The notes under the pieces: generated by a model
Seen by the model: only the letters and a program-made list of their open reading frames with translations
What the model was told of the DNA's origin: nothing
The model's database searches: none
Assembly: GCA_965140495.1 (NCBI GenBank)
Contig: OZ223239.1
Coordinates: 2,219,678 to 2,283,677 of the forward strand
Reading direction: 5' to 3'
Source: an uncultured Novosphingobium sp.
GTDB taxonomy: Bacteria > Pseudomonadota > Alphaproteobacteria > Sphingomonadales > Sphingomonadaceae
DNA: 64,000 nucleotides
Part shown: in pieces, positions 50,202 through 61,048 of the stretch
Layout of the letters: every line of letters starts with the position of its first letter
Numbering within the stretch: the first letter of the stretch is position 1
Position numbers and translations under genes: made by a program

Positions 50202-50679
50202 GGGGCGTGCCTTTCGAACTGGAAGATGTGACAGTTGTCGACCGGATAATGTTGCGATGCATCAAATGCAATGACAGAAAAAGCGCCATCGCAGGGGCAT
50301 CGCGCACCAGCATTGCGGCCGATCAGTGCCGGTGCGTCTCTCGCGGAAATGCGACGATACCGCCTTTTACACCTTTGGCGGATACCGAACTTCTCGTTTC
50401 TACATGGGATCGGGATGGCGCGATTGCCAGCCCCGCGCCGGGCGCATTTCGCGCAATCTTTCGTAACATCGCGCGCCGCCGGGGCGTTGAAAGGCTTGCC
50501 GCCACCGAAAAGCAGGCGTTCCGGTACGGTCTTTTGTTGCATTGCAATGCGGAAGGGCGGATTAATCCACGCCGACACCTTGCGATGGTGCTGGTGCTGG
50601 CCTAAGAGCGCGCCCAACGACCGGGCGGGCCCCCCGTGGGACGAGTCCGGCAGCCGCACCCGGTATGAGGCCAGAGACC

Positions 50680-51054
50680 ATGACCGATCTGTCACAATAC
50701 CTGCCGATCCTGATATTTCTGGTGATCGCTCTCCTTCTATCGGCAGTGATCGTGTTCCTGCCGATCGGCGTCGCCCACCTGACCGGCACGCATCAGCCCA
50801 ACGCTGACAAGAACTCCGAATATGAGTGCGGCTTCCCCGCGTTCGAGGATCCGCGCAGCCAGTTCGACGTCCGCTTCTATCTGGTCGCGATCCTGTTCAT
50901 CGTGTTCGACCTCGAAGCCGCGTTCCTGTTCCCCTGGGCCGTGTCGCTCGACATGACCGGTTGGGCCGGGTGGACGACAATGATGATTTTCCTCGGCGAA
51001 CTGGCCATCGGCCTCGCCTATGCATGGAAGAAGGGAGCTCTGGACTGGGAATGA
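50680..51054 (+). CDS. nuoA: NADH-quinone oxidoreductase subunit A
   Basis: Track ORF 50665..51054. ATG 50680 ([14 protein letters not shown]) has GAGG 10 nt upstream. Confidence 0.9.
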   Translation: MTDLSQYLPILIFLVIALLLSAVIVFLPIGVAHLTGTHQPNADKNSEYECGFPAFEDPRSQFDVRFYLVAILFIVFDLEAAFLFPWAVSLDMTGWAGWTTMMIFLGELAIGLAYAWKKGALDWE

Positions 51055-51608
51055 GCACTCTCGTGAACTCAGCCGGACAGCCCCTGAATCAGGGCGGCGC
51101 CGTGACGCCGCCGGATCAGGCGTATTTCAACGACCTCAACCAGGAAGTTTCCGACAAGGGCTTCCTCGTCACCTCGACCGAGGAACTGTTCCAGTGGGCC
51201 CGTACCGGCTCGCTGTGGTGGATGACCTTCGGCCTCGCGTGCTGCGCGGTCGAGATGATCCACGTGAACATGCCGCGCTACGACATGGAGCGCTTCGGCG
51301 CCGCGCCGCGCGCCTCTCCGCGCCAGTCGGACGTGATGATCGTGGCCGGTACGCTGTGCAACAAGATGGCCCCGGCGCTGCGCAAGGTCTATGACCAGAT
51401 GTCGGAGCCGAAGTATGTCATCTCGATGGGCTCGTGCGCCAATGGCGGTGGCTACTACCACTACAGCTATTCGGTCGTGCGCGGCTGCGACCGCATCGTC
51501 CCGGTCGACATCTATGTGCCCGGCTGTCCGCCGACTGCCGAAGCGCTGCTCTATGGCGTGATGCAGCTGCAGCGGAAGATCCGCCGCATCGGTACGGTGG
51601 AGAGGTAA
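51051..51608 (+). CDS. nuoB: NADH-quinone oxidoreductase subunit B
   Basis: Part of track ORF 50826..51608. ATG 51051 overlaps the nuoA stop. [25 protein letters not shown]. Confidence 0.93.
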   Translation: MSTLVNSAGQPLNQGGAVTPPDQAYFNDLNQEVSDKGFLVTSTEELFQWARTGSLWWMTFGLACCAVEMIHVNMPRYDMERFGAAPRASPRQSDVMIVAGTLCNKMAPALRKVYDQMSEPKYVISMGSCANGGGYYHYSYSVVRGCDRIVPVDIYVPGCPPTAEALLYGVMQLQRKIRRIGTVER

Positions 51609-51614
51609 GTCCTG

Positions 51615-52379
51615 ATGGCTGTTCTGCATTCCGCACCGAAGTATGCGTCGAACGAAGGCGTCATCGACACGCTGACCGGCGCGCTCGGCCCCATGCTGCT
51701 TGCCGCGAGGGAAGAGCATGGCGAAATCGTCCTCACCATCGTGCGCGACCGGATCGAGGACGCGCTGCGTCTGCTGCGTGACGAGCACGGCTACCAGCAG
51801 CTCATGGAAATGGCCGGCGTCGACTATCCGTCGCGGCCCGAGCGCTTCGAAGTCGTCTACATGCTGCTCTCGCTGACGAAGAACCATCGCCTGCTGGTGA
51901 AGGTGAACGCGTCGGAAAGCACGCCGGTGCCGACCGCGACCACGCTGTGGCACAACGCGGGCTGGCTCGAGCGTGAAGTGTTCGACATGTACGGCGTGAT
52001 CTTCTCGGGCAATCCGGACCTGCGCCGCATCCTCACCGACTACGGTTTCGAGGGGCACCCGCAGCGCAAGGACTTCCCGCTGACCGGCTATCAGGAACTG
52101 CGCTATTCCGAAGAGGACAAGCGCGTCGTTTACGAGCCGGTACAGCTTGCCCAGGATTTCCGCAGTTTCGACTTCATGAGCCCTTGGGAAGGCGCCGACT
52201 ACGTGCTTCCGGGTGATGAGAAGGCCGCCGAACAGCCCGCGCCGCCGCCGGTCGAAAAGCCCAAGACCACTGAAAAGAAGGGTGACAGCGGCGCCGGCGA
52301 ACCGACCGACGGCAAGGCCGAGGAAAAGGTTTCCGCTCCGGCGCCCGATCAGAAGGATTCCAAGGAGGACGGCAAATGA
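51615..52379 (+). CDS. nuoC: NADH-quinone oxidoreductase subunit C (with Lys/Glu/Pro-rich C-terminal tail)
   Basis: Track ORF of 254 aa. ERE(V/I)FDM motif ([14 protein letters not shown]). Confidence 0.92.
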   Translation: MAVLHSAPKYASNEGVIDTLTGALGPMLLAAREEHGEIVLTIVRDRIEDALRLLRDEHGYQQLMEMAGVDYPSRPERFEVVYMLLSLTKNHRLLVKVNASESTPVPTATTLWHNAGWLEREVFDMYGVIFSGNPDLRRILTDYGFEGHPQRKDFPLTGYQELRYSEEDKRVVYEPVQLAQDFRSFDFMSPWEGADYVLPGDEKAAEQPAPPPVEKPKTTEKKGDSGAGEPTDGKAEEKVSAPAPDQKDSKEDGK

Positions 52380-53587
52380 GCATGCAGCTCGAACAGTCCC
52401 CCACCACCGAAGGCGAGATCGTCACCAACTACACGATCAACTTCGGTCCCCAGCACCCGGCGGCGCACGGCGTGCTGCGCATGGTCATGGAGCTTGACGG
52501 CGAAGTGATCGAGCGCATCGATCCGCATGTCGGCCTGCTGCACCGCGGCACCGAAAAGCTGATCGAGCACAAGACCTACCTTCAGGCGCTGCCCTACTTC
52601 GACCGGCTCGACTACTGCTCGCCGCTGGCGATGGAATACAGCTACGTTCTCGCCATCGAGAAGATGCTGAACCTCGAAGTGCCGCTGCGGGCCCAGTACC
52701 TGCGCGTACTCTTCGCCGAGCTGACCCGCATCTGCAACCACATGCTCAACATCGGCAGCCACGTCATGGACGTGGGCGCGATGACGCCGAACCTGTGGCT
52801 GTTCGAAATCCGCGAGGACTGCCTCAACTTCTTCGAGCGCGCATCGGGCGCCCGCATGCACTCGGCCTGGTTCCGTCCCGGCGGCGTGCATCAGGACGTG
52901 CCGCTCAAGCTGCTAGCCGACATCGCCGAGTGGCTCGACACGCGCCTGCCGACGCTGTTCGAGGACGCGATGAGCCTCGTCGTGGACAACCGCATCTTCA
53001 AGCAGCGCAATGTCGATATCGCTATTGTCTCGCGCGACGACGCGATTGCCTGGGGCTTCTCGGGGCCGATGATCCGCGCCGCGGGCATCCCCTGGGATAT
53101 CCGCAAGAGCCAGCCCTACGACGTCTACGACCGCATGGACTTCGAGGTTCCGGTGGGCACCAATTCCGACTGCTACGACCGCATGATGGTCCGCGTCGAG
53201 GAAGTGCGCCAGTCGGCCAAGATCATGAAGCAGTGCCTGGCGGAAATGCCCGAAGGGCCGATCAGCTCCGAAGACCGCAAGGTCGTGCCGCCCAAGCGCG
53301 CGGAGATGAAGAGCTCGATGGAATCGCTGATCCACCACTTCAAGCTCTACACCGAAGGCTTCCACGTCCCGGCGGGCGAAGTCTACGTCGCGACCGAAAG
53401 CCCCAAGGGCGAATTCGGCGTCTATCTCGTGTCGGACGGCTCCAACAAGCCGTACCGCTGCAAGATCCGTCCGACCGCGTTCAGCCACCTGCAGGCGATG
53501 GACTTCATGTCCAAGGGCCACATGCTGCCCGACGCGACGGCCATTCTCGGCGCCATCGACGCCGTTTTCGGGGAGTGCGACCGGTGA
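52376..53587 (+). CDS. nuoD: NADH-quinone oxidoreductase subunit D
   Basis: Track ORF of 403 aa. [14 protein letters not shown]. Ends with the typical ...DR. Confidence 0.95.
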   Translation: MSMQLEQSPTTEGEIVTNYTINFGPQHPAAHGVLRMVMELDGEVIERIDPHVGLLHRGTEKLIEHKTYLQALPYFDRLDYCSPLAMEYSYVLAIEKMLNLEVPLRAQYLRVLFAELTRICNHMLNIGSHVMDVGAMTPNLWLFEIREDCLNFFERASGARMHSAWFRPGGVHQDVPLKLLADIAEWLDTRLPTLFEDAMSLVVDNRIFKQRNVDIAIVSRDDAIAWGFSGPMIRAAGIPWDIRKSQPYDVYDRMDFEVPVGTNSDCYDRMMVRVEEVRQSAKIMKQCLAEMPEGPISSEDRKVVPPKRAEMKSSMESLIHHFKLYTEGFHVPAGEVYVATESPKGEFGVYLVSDGSNKPYRCKIRPTAFSHLQAMDFMSKGHMLPDATAILGAIDAVFGECDR

Positions 53588-53598
53588 AGCTGAGCAGC

Positions 53599-53784
53599 AT
53601 GGAAATGATCCGCGTCTGGGCGGCCGCGACCGGCCTGTTCCTCGTCGCGCTGTATTTCGGCGTGATCTCGACGGGAACCGAGCCTTCGCCGCTCATCGCG
53701 ATGCTGGCGACCGCCATCGCCGGTTTCGAAATTTTCTTTTTCGGCCAGGATCAGTGGCTGAAGCGCAGGGGTAAGCATGGCTGA
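53599..53784 (+). CDS. small two-TM membrane protein between nuoD and nuoE
   Basis: In the frame of track ORF 52795..53784. GTG 53584 overlaps the nuoD stop, or ATG 53599. Its stop overlaps the nuoE start by 8 bp. Two hydrophobic helices. Confidence 0.45.
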   Translation: MEMIRVWAAATGLFLVALYFGVISTGTEPSPLIAMLATAIAGFEIFFFGQDQWLKRRGKHG

Positions 53785-54445
53785 CCGCTATATCGAACCC
53801 GATACGCCCGAACTGCGGGCGCGTTGGGGCAATTTTGCCTGGACCGACGAGAACGCCGCCAAGGCGAAGGACATCGTCGCGCGCTATCCCGAAGGGCGTC
53901 AGCGCTCTGCGGTGATGCCGCTGCTCGACCTTGCCCAGCGCCAGGTCGGCGCGGAGCTGAACACGCAAGGCTGGCTGCCGATCCCGGTGATGGAATATGT
54001 CGCGGACTACCTCGACATGCCGATCATCCGCGTGGTCGAGGTCGCGACCTTCTACACGATGTACAACGTCGCCCCGATCGGCCGTTTCCACGTGCAGGTC
54101 TGCGGCACGACGCCGTGCATGCTGCGCGGTTCGGACGACATCATCGAAGCCTGCAAGAAGCGCGGGATGAAGAAGGGCCACACGACCGAGGACGGCCTCT
54201 GGTCGTTCACCGAAGTGGAATGCATGGGCAACTGTGCATCGGCGCCGATGGTGCAGATCAACGACGACAACTACGAGGACCTCACCCCGGAGCGCCTCGA
54301 TGTCGTGCTCGATGCCCTGGCCAAGGGTGAGACGCCCAAGGCCGGCACGCAGGAGCCGGGCCGTCACACCGTCGAGCCTTCGGGCGGACCGACCACGCTC
54401 ACCGCGATGGTCACCGAAAATCACGATTACCGGGGGGAGTGGTGA
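53777..54445 (+). CDS. nuoE: NADH-quinone oxidoreductase subunit E
   Basis: Track ORF of 222 aa. 2Fe-2S ligand contexts VCGTTPC and ECMGNCASAP. Confidence 0.95.
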   Translation: MADRYIEPDTPELRARWGNFAWTDENAAKAKDIVARYPEGRQRSAVMPLLDLAQRQVGAELNTQGWLPIPVMEYVADYLDMPIIRVVEVATFYTMYNVAPIGRFHVQVCGTTPCMLRGSDDIIEACKKRGMKKGHTTEDGLWSFTEVECMGNCASAPMVQINDDNYEDLTPERLDVVLDALAKGETPKAGTQEPGRHTVEPSGGPTTLTAMVTENHDYRGEW

Positions 54446-54675
54446 TGGGTCTTAGGTCTCTCCTCTCCAATCCGAATGGCGGTCAGATGTTGAGTGGCTA
54501 TGTGCTGCTCGTTTCGGCGCTGGTCTTGGCGTTAGTCATCGTAGGAAATTTGGCTTTCAAGGTGGTCAATGGCTCGCCCATAGAGCTGAATCGTGATGGG
54601 CTTGGCCTGATTGTCATGTTGGCCGTCAGTATTCCCGCCCTTCTGAAATTTGTGAGGTCGCGACATGCTCGCTGA
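54445..54675 (+). CDS. small two-TM membrane protein between nuoE and nuoF (AT-rich)
   Basis: Track ORF 54439..54675. ATG 54445 shares one nt with the nuoE stop (TGATG). Its stop overlaps the nuoF start. Rare codons and visibly lower GC than flanks. Confidence 0.45.
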   Translation: MGLRSLLSNPNGGQMLSGYVLLVSALVLALVIVGNLAFKVVNGSPIELNRDGLGLIVMLAVSIPALLKFVRSRHAR

Positions 54676-55972
54676 CAAGGATCGCATCTTCACCAACGTC
54701 TACGGCTACCAGTCGTGGCACCTGAAGGATGCGCAGGCGCGCGGCGCCTGGGACAAAACCAAGGATATCCTTGCCAAGGGCAAGGAAGCCATCATCGAGG
54801 AAATCAAGGCCTCGGGCCTGCGCGGCCGTGGCGGCGCGGGCTTCCCCACCGGCATGAAGTGGTCCTTCATGCCCAAGGAACCGCCCAAGGATCACAACGG
54901 CAATCCCAAGCCGAGCTTCCTCGTCATCAACGCCGACGAATCCGAGCCGGGCTCGTGCAAGGACCGCGAGATCATCCGCCACGATCCGCACATCCTGCTC
55001 GAAGGCGCGCTGGTTGCCGGTTTCGCGATGGGCGCGCGGGCGGCTTACATCTACATTCGCGGCGAATACATCCGCGAGGCCGAGACGCTCTTCGCCGCGC
55101 GCGATGAGGCTTACGCCGCGGGCCTGCTGGGCAAGAACGCCTGCGGTTCGGGCTACGACTTCGATGTCTTCGTCCATCGCGGCGCAGGCGCCTACATCTG
55201 CGGCGAAGAAACCGCGATGATCGAGAGCCTCGAAGGCAAGAAGGGCCAGCCCCGCCTCAAGCCGCCGTTCCCGGCCGGCGCGGGCCTCTATGGCTGCCCG
55301 ACCACGGTCAACAACGTCGAATCGATTGCCGTTGCGCCCACCATCATGCGGCGCGGTGCGGCGTGGTTCTCCAGTTTCGGCCGCGAGAACAACAAGGGTG
55401 TGAAGCTCTTCCAGGTCTCCGGCCACGTGAACAAGCCGTGCGTCGTGGAAGAGGAAATGGGCATTCCCTTCAGCGAACTGATCGAAAAGCACTGCGGCGG
55501 CATCCGTGGCGGCAAGGACAACCTGCTGGCGGTGATCCCCGGCGGTTCCTCGGTCCCGCTGGTGCCCGCAGAGCAGATCTGGGACGCGCCGATGGACTTC
55601 GACGGCCTCAAGGCGCTGGGCTCCGGCCTCGGCACCGCCGCCGTCATCGTCATGGACAAGTCCACCGACATCGTTCGCGCCATTTCGCGCCTGTCCTACT
55701 TCTACAAGCACGAGAGCTGCGGCCAGTGCACGCCGTGCCGTGAAGGTACGGGCTGGATGTGGCGCGTGATGGAGCGCCTGCGCACCGGCGAGGCGGCGGT
55801 CGAGGAAATCGACATGCTGCAGCAGGTCACCAAGCAGGTCGAAGGCCACACCATCTGCGCGCTGGGCGACGCTGCCGCCTGGCCGATCCAGGGCCTCATC
55901 CGCCACTTCCGTCCCGAGATCGAGCGCCGCATCGAAGAGCGTCTCGCGAACACAGCGGTGGCAGCGGAATGA
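54665..55972 (+). CDS. nuoF: NADH-quinone oxidoreductase subunit F
   Basis: Track ORF of 435 aa. [10 protein letters not shown] and [12 protein letters not shown]. Confidence 0.95.
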   Translation: MLADKDRIFTNVYGYQSWHLKDAQARGAWDKTKDILAKGKEAIIEEIKASGLRGRGGAGFPTGMKWSFMPKEPPKDHNGNPKPSFLVINADESEPGSCKDREIIRHDPHILLEGALVAGFAMGARAAYIYIRGEYIREAETLFAARDEAYAAGLLGKNACGSGYDFDVFVHRGAGAYICGEETAMIESLEGKKGQPRLKPPFPAGAGLYGCPTTVNNVESIAVAPTIMRRGAAWFSSFGRENNKGVKLFQVSGHVNKPCVVEEEMGIPFSELIEKHCGGIRGGKDNLLAVIPGGSSVPLVPAEQIWDAPMDFDGLKALGSGLGTAAVIVMDKSTDIVRAISRLSYFYKHESCGQCTPCREGTGWMWRVMERLRTGEAAVEEIDMLQQVTKQVEGHTICALGDAAAWPIQGLIRHFRPEIERRIEERLANTAVAAE

Positions 55973-56553
55973 CGGCCGCTTGGTTCATAGACGGCGCATA
56001 TGCGTTGAAGAGCTGGAACGCAGCAGCTCCGAAGGGGTCGCGCTTGGATTTCGCTAAGCTTCGACAGCATATTGAGGCTGACGCTGGCGACACAATTGGC
56101 GACGCCTACTATTTCAGTTGTGACAACGATCCTCCTTCGGCTGCCCAAAGTGGTTTTCATAGAGCCATTGCTAGCCCTCCTCCTAGAGGAGCCGGCCTTC
56201 GGTTGAAGCTATATTGGCTTTCACATAAACCGTTGTTCTGGCCGCAGCAGTATGGTGGCGGCCCGGTAATGCATCCGACGACACCTGATTTACAGTATGA
56301 GTTGACCACTCAAAAAGGTGTCGATGTAGGTCTCGCATTTCACATGATGCGGTCATACTCAAAGCTTGGATGGAAAAAGCTTTATCTCGTTGCAGGAGAC
56401 GGCGATTTTCATGAGGTTGTTCAGCATCTTGTGGAAGATGAGAATGTGACGGTTTGTCTAATCGGAACTCATAATTCCATAAGCCCAGAATTGGGCCCCT
56501 ATGCCTCGAAAACAATGATGTTCGAGGACATCGCAGCACAAGTAACGCTTTAG
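55969..56553 (+). CDS. NYN / LabA-like domain protein (predicted PIN-like RNase) inserted between nuoF and nuoG
   Basis: Part of track ORF 55759..56553. ATG 55969 overlaps the nuoF stop (ATGA), and the gene ends 9 bp before nuoG. N-terminal [17 protein letters not shown] and [15 protein letters not shown]...VTVCLIG match LabA/NYN signatures. Visibly AT-richer than the operon. Confidence 0.72.
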   Translation: MTAAWFIDGAYALKSWNAAAPKGSRLDFAKLRQHIEADAGDTIGDAYYFSCDNDPPSAAQSGFHRAIASPPPRGAGLRLKLYWLSHKPLFWPQQYGGGPVMHPTTPDLQYELTTQKGVDVGLAFHMMRSYSKLGWKKLYLVAGDGDFHEVVQHLVEDENVTVCLIGTHNSISPELGPYASKTMMFEDIAAQVTL

Positions 56554-56562
56554 GATCGATTC

Positions 56563-58581
56563 ATGCCAAGAGTCACCGTAGACGGACAGGAACTCGACGT
56601 CCCCAACGGCGCAACCGTGCTGCAGGCCTGCGAACTGGCCGGCAAGGAAATCCCGCGCTTCTGCTATCACGAGCGGCTGTCGATTGCCGGCAACTGCCGT
56701 ATGTGTCTGGTCGAGGTGAAGCCCGGACCGCCCAAGCCGCAGGCCTCCTGCGCGCTTCCGGCGACCGAAGGCCAGGAAATCCGCACCGACAGCGAAATGG
56801 TCAAGAAGGCCCGCGAAGGGGTGATGGAGTTCCTGCTCATCAACCACCCGCTCGACTGCCCGATCTGCGATCAGGGCGGCGAGTGCGACCTGCAGGATCA
56901 GTCGGTGGCCTATGGCCGCGGCGGCTCGCGCTATCACGAGAACAAGCGCGCGGTGACCGAGAAGTACATGGGCCCGCTCATCAAGACGACGATGACGCGC
57001 TGCATCCACTGCACCCGCTGCGTGCGTTTCTCGGAAGAGATCGCCGGCGTGGACGAAATCGGCGCGCTCTATCGCGGCGAGAACATGCAGATCACCACGT
57101 ATCTGGAACATGCCGCCAAGCATGAGATGTCGGCCAACGTGATCGACCTCTGCCCGGTCGGCGCGCTGACCTCGCGGCCCTATGCCTACGAGGCGCGGCC
57201 GTGGGAGCTGAAGAAGACGCTCGGCATCGACGTGTCCGACGCGATCGGCTCGAACATCCGCATCGACAGCCGCGGCCGCGAAGTGCTGCGCGTCCTCCCG
57301 CGCGTTAACGACGACGTCAACGAGGAGTGGATCAGCGACAAGGCGCGCTATATGGTCGACGGCCTTGTGAAGCGCCGCCTCGACAAGCCGTACCTGCGCC
57401 GCGACGGCAAGCTGGTGGCCGCGACCTGGAACGAGGCGTTCGAGGCCATCGCGACGCTCAATCCCGGCAAGTCCATTGCCGCCGTCGCCGGTGACATGCT
57501 CGACTGCGAAACGATGTTCGCGGCCAAGAAGCTGGTCGGCGCGCTCGGTTCGGAGCTGCTTGAAGGTCGCCAGACCGGCATGGACTACGACACGTCGAGC
57601 CTTGCGGCGGTGAACTTCAACACCACGCTAAACGGCATCGAGAGCGCCGACGCGATTCTGATCGTCGGCAGCAACGTGCGCAGCGAAGCGCCGCTGGTGA
57701 ACGTCCGCCTGCGCAAGGCAGTGAAGCGCGGCGCCAAGGTCTTCCTGATCGGGCCCGAGTGGGACACCACCTTCGGCGGCGAGTTCCTCGGCGACGATCT
57801 TTCGGTCATCGGCGATCTGCCGAACCACGTGTGGGAAACGATCCGCGATGCCAAGCGCCCGGCGATCATCGTCGGCGGGGCAGGGCTGGGCCGTGGCGGT
57901 CTCGAGGCCGCGCTTTCGGTCGGCGAGCAGATCGGCATCGTGCGCGAGCTGGAAGACGGCACCAAGTGGAACGGCTTCAACGTCCTGCACATGGCAGCAA
58001 GCCGCATGGGCGGTCTGATGCTCGGCTATGCGCAGAAGGGCGGCCTGGCGGATATCGTCGCGGCCAAGCCCAAGGTGCTGCTCTCGCTCGGCGCCGACGA
58101 AGTGGACTACACCAAGTTCGCCGACTCGATGATCGTCTACATCGGTCATCACGGCGACAAGGGCGCCCATGCCGCCGACGTGATCCTCCCGGCCTCGGCC
58201 TACACCGAGAAGGCGGGCACTTACGTCAACACCGAAGGCCGCGTGCAACTGTCCGACAAGGCGGTGTTCGCGCCCGGTGACGCGCGCGAGGACTGGACGA
58301 TCCTGCGCGCTCTCGCCGATGCCTTCGGCGTCGAGCTGGGCTTCGACAGCTTCGAGGAATTGCGCGCTGCGATGATTTCCGAGGTTCCGGCCCTTGGCAG
58401 CGAAGGCCTGGCGGACTACGGGAGCGAGCTGCCTGCCGGCGGCGGTTCCGCATCCGGCCAGATCGCCTACCCGGTCAAGGACTTCTACATGACCAATCCC
58501 ATCGCTCGCGCCAGTGCGACCATGCAGCGCTGCTCGGCAGAACTGCTGCACGGCGAGGAGATTGCGGAGGCTGCGGAATAA
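56563..58581 (+). CDS. nuoG: NADH-quinone oxidoreductase subunit G
   Basis: Track ORF of 672 aa. [17 protein letters not shown] and [18 protein letters not shown]. Confidence 0.95.
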   Translation: MPRVTVDGQELDVPNGATVLQACELAGKEIPRFCYHERLSIAGNCRMCLVEVKPGPPKPQASCALPATEGQEIRTDSEMVKKAREGVMEFLLINHPLDCPICDQGGECDLQDQSVAYGRGGSRYHENKRAVTEKYMGPLIKTTMTRCIHCTRCVRFSEEIAGVDEIGALYRGENMQITTYLEHAAKHEMSANVIDLCPVGALTSRPYAYEARPWELKKTLGIDVSDAIGSNIRIDSRGREVLRVLPRVNDDVNEEWISDKARYMVDGLVKRRLDKPYLRRDGKLVAATWNEAFEAIATLNPGKSIAAVAGDMLDCETMFAAKKLVGALGSELLEGRQTGMDYDTSSLAAVNFNTTLNGIESADAILIVGSNVRSEAPLVNVRLRKAVKRGAKVFLIGPEWDTTFGGEFLGDDLSVIGDLPNHVWETIRDAKRPAIIVGGAGLGRGGLEAALSVGEQIGIVRELEDGTKWNGFNVLHMAASRMGGLMLGYAQKGGLADIVAAKPKVLLSLGADEVDYTKFADSMIVYIGHHGDKGAHAADVILPASAYTEKAGTYVNTEGRVQLSDKAVFAPGDAREDWTILRALADAFGVELGFDSFEELRAAMISEVPALGSEGLADYGSELPAGGGSASGQIAYPVKDFYMTNPIARASATMQRCSAELLHGEEIAEAAE

Positions 58582-59627
58582 TGACGGCTTTCTTCCAATC
58601 GCTGGGCATGTCCTATGACTGGGCGTGGTTCGTCGCTACGGTTTGCGGCATCCTGCTGATCGCGCTGCCGCTGCTGCTGGGCGTGGCCATGATCATCTAC
58701 GCCGACCGCAAGATCTGGGCGGCCATGGCGCTGCGCCGCGGCCCCAACGTCGTCGGTCCGTTCGGTCTGCTGCAGTCCTTCGCGGACGGCCTCAAGGTCT
58801 TCCTGCAGGAAACCATCATCCCCTCGGCCGCGAACAAGGGCATCTTCCTGATCGCGCCGATCGTGACCTTCACCGTCGCGCTGATGGCCTGGGCGGTGAT
58901 CCCGTTCAATTCGGGCGCGGTGCTGGCGGACATTAACGTCGGCCTGCTCTACGTGCTCGCGATTTCGTCGCTGGGTGTCTACGGCACGATCATGGCGGGC
59001 TGGGCTTCGAACTCGAAGTACCCGTTTTTCTCCGCGATGCGCGCCTCGGCGCAGATGATTTCCTACGAAGTCTCGATCGGGTTCATCCTGATCTGCGTGG
59101 TTCTGTGGGCGGGCACGTTCAACATGAACGATATCGTGAAGGCGCAGGAAGGCCACGTCCTCGGCATCTTCAACGGCTTCGTGTTCAACCCGCTGCTGTT
59201 CCCGATGTGGGTGATGTTCCTCATCTCCTCGCTGGCCGAGACGCAGCGCGCACCGTTCGACCTTACCGAGGCGGAATCCGAGCTCGTTGCGGGGTACCAG
59301 ACCGAATATTCGTCGATGGCCTTCGCCGCCTACTGGCTGGGTGAATACGCCAACGTGCTTCTGATGTGCGCGCTCAACGCGACGCTGTTCTTCGGTGGCT
59401 GGCTGCCCCCGCTCGATATCCCGGTTCTGTACCTTGTCCCCGGCTTCGTCTGGTTCCTGCTCAAGGTGCTGTTCTTCTTCTTCGTCTTCTCCTGGGTGAA
59501 GGCGACTGTCCCGCGCTACCGCTACGACCAGCTGATGCGTCTGGGCTGGAAAGTCTTCCTGCCCGTCTCGCTTGGCTTCGTCGTGCTGGTCTCGGGCTAC
59601 CTGATGCTTACGAGGTATGCAGTATGA
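58581..59627 (+). CDS. nuoH: NADH-quinone oxidoreductase subunit H
   Basis: Track ORF of 348 aa. [16 protein letters not shown] and [22 protein letters not shown]. Confidence 0.95.
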   Translation: MTAFFQSLGMSYDWAWFVATVCGILLIALPLLLGVAMIIYADRKIWAAMALRRGPNVVGPFGLLQSFADGLKVFLQETIIPSAANKGIFLIAPIVTFTVALMAWAVIPFNSGAVLADINVGLLYVLAISSLGVYGTIMAGWASNSKYPFFSAMRASAQMISYEVSIGFILICVVLWAGTFNMNDIVKAQEGHVLGIFNGFVFNPLLFPMWVMFLISSLAETQRAPFDLTEAESELVAGYQTEYSSMAFAAYWLGEYANVLLMCALNATLFFGGWLPPLDIPVLYLVPGFVWFLLKVLFFFFVFSWVKATVPRYRYDQLMRLGWKVFLPVSLGFVVLVSGYLMLTRYAV

Positions 59628-60109
59628 GCGTCGCTCAACTCGTAAAATCCTTCACGCTCTACGAGTTCGTGAAGGCGCACTGGCTGACCTTGAAGTACTT
59701 CTTCAAGCCCAAGGCGACGATCAACTATCCGTTCGAGAAGAACCCGCTCTCGCCCCGCTTCCGCGGTGAGCATGCGCTGCGCCGGTATCCCAACGGTGAA
59801 GAGCGCTGCATCGCCTGCAAGCTGTGCGAGGCGATCTGCCCGGCGCAGGCGATCACCATCGAGGCGGCGCCGCGCGAGGACGGTTCGCGCCGCACCACGC
59901 GCTACGACATCGACATGACGAAATGCATCTACTGCGGCTTCTGTCAGGAAGCCTGCCCGGTGGACGCGATCGTCGAGGGGCCGAACTTCGAATACGCGAC
60001 CGAAACGCGCGAAGAACTGCTCTATGACAAGGCTAAGCTGCTGGCGAACGGGGACAAGTGGGAGCGGGCAATTGCCGCGAACCTTGAAGCCGATGCGCCG
60101 TATCGGTAG
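59624..60109 (+). CDS. nuoI: NADH-quinone oxidoreductase subunit I
   Basis: Part of track ORF 59366..60109. ATG 59624 overlaps the nuoH stop. Two ferredoxin motifs, [12 protein letters not shown] and [12 protein letters not shown]. Confidence 0.95.
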   Translation: MSVAQLVKSFTLYEFVKAHWLTLKYFFKPKATINYPFEKNPLSPRFRGEHALRRYPNGEERCIACKLCEAICPAQAITIEAAPREDGSRRTTRYDIDMTKCIYCGFCQEACPVDAIVEGPNFEYATETREELLYDKAKLLANGDKWERAIAANLEADAPYR

Positions 60110-60124
60110 GGGGCGCTCGGGGTC

Positions 60125-60742
60125 ATGATTCACGTTATCGCCTTTTACCTGTTCGCCGTGATGACCATCGCGTCCGGCGCCATCACCATCCTCTCGCGTA
60201 ACCCGGTGCACTCGGTGCTCTGGCTTATTCTGGCGTTCTTCAATGCCGCGGGTCTGATGGTTCTGGCGGGCGCCGAGTTCATCGCGATGCTGCTGGTCAT
60301 CGTCTACGTCGGCGCGGTCGCGGTGCTGTTCCTGTTCGTCGTCATGATGCTCGACATCGACTTCGCCGAACTGCGCGCCGGTTTCGTCAAGTACTTCCCG
60401 TTCGGAACGCTCGTGGCGCTGGTGCTGCTGGCCGAGATGGTTCTGGGCATCGGTGCCTACAAGGCCGGTGCGATCCAGCTCGGCACGCCCGACGGTACGG
60501 CGGCGACGCCTGCCGGCACGACCAATATCGAGGCGATCGGCGCGCTGCTCTACAGCCGCTACCTGTTCCTCTTCGAAGCGGCGGGCATCATCCTGCTGGT
60601 GGCCATGATCGGCGCCATCGTGCTGACGCATCGCCAGCGCGGCGACACCCGCGGTCAGAAGATCGGCAAGCAGGTCGCGCGCCGTCCGGAAGAGGCGACA
60701 TTCAACGTCAAGCCCGAAGTGGGCAAGGGGGTTCAGCTGTGA
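60125..60742 (+). CDS. nuoJ: NADH-quinone oxidoreductase subunit J
   Basis: Track ORF of 205 aa. Position and TM layout fit nuoJ. Confidence 0.9.
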   Translation: MIHVIAFYLFAVMTIASGAITILSRNPVHSVLWLILAFFNAAGLMVLAGAEFIAMLLVIVYVGAVAVLFLFVVMMLDIDFAELRAGFVKYFPFGTLVALVLLAEMVLGIGAYKAGAIQLGTPDGTAATPAGTTNIEAIGALLYSRYLFLFEAAGIILLVAMIGAIVLTHRQRGDTRGQKIGKQVARRPEEATFNVKPEVGKGVQL

Positions 60743-61044
60743 TCGGTGTCGAACACTATGTCGTGGTGAGCTCGATCCTCTTCGTGCTCGGCGTCCTCGG
60801 CATTTTCCTCAACCGCAAGAACGTGATCGTTCTCCTGATGGCGATCGAACTCATCCTGCTTGCGGTGAACCTCAACCTCGTGGCGTTCAGCGCCTTCCTC
60901 GGCGACCTGACCGGACAGATCTTCGCGATGTTCGTGCTGACGGTGGCCGCCGGCGAGGCAGCAGTGGGACTTGCAATCCTCGTGATCTACTTCCGTGGCC
61001 GCGGCTCCATCGCCGTCGACGACGTCAACCGGATGAAGGGATAA
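60739..61044 (+). CDS. nuoK: NADH-quinone oxidoreductase subunit K
   Basis: Track ORF of 101 aa. GTG start overlaps the nuoJ stop. [16 protein letters not shown]. Confidence 0.92.
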   Translation: MIGVEHYVVVSSILFVLGVLGIFLNRKNVIVLLMAIELILLAVNLNLVAFSAFLGDLTGQIFAMFVLTVAAGEAAVGLAILVIYFRGRGSIAVDDVNRMKG

Positions 61045-61048
61045 GGCC

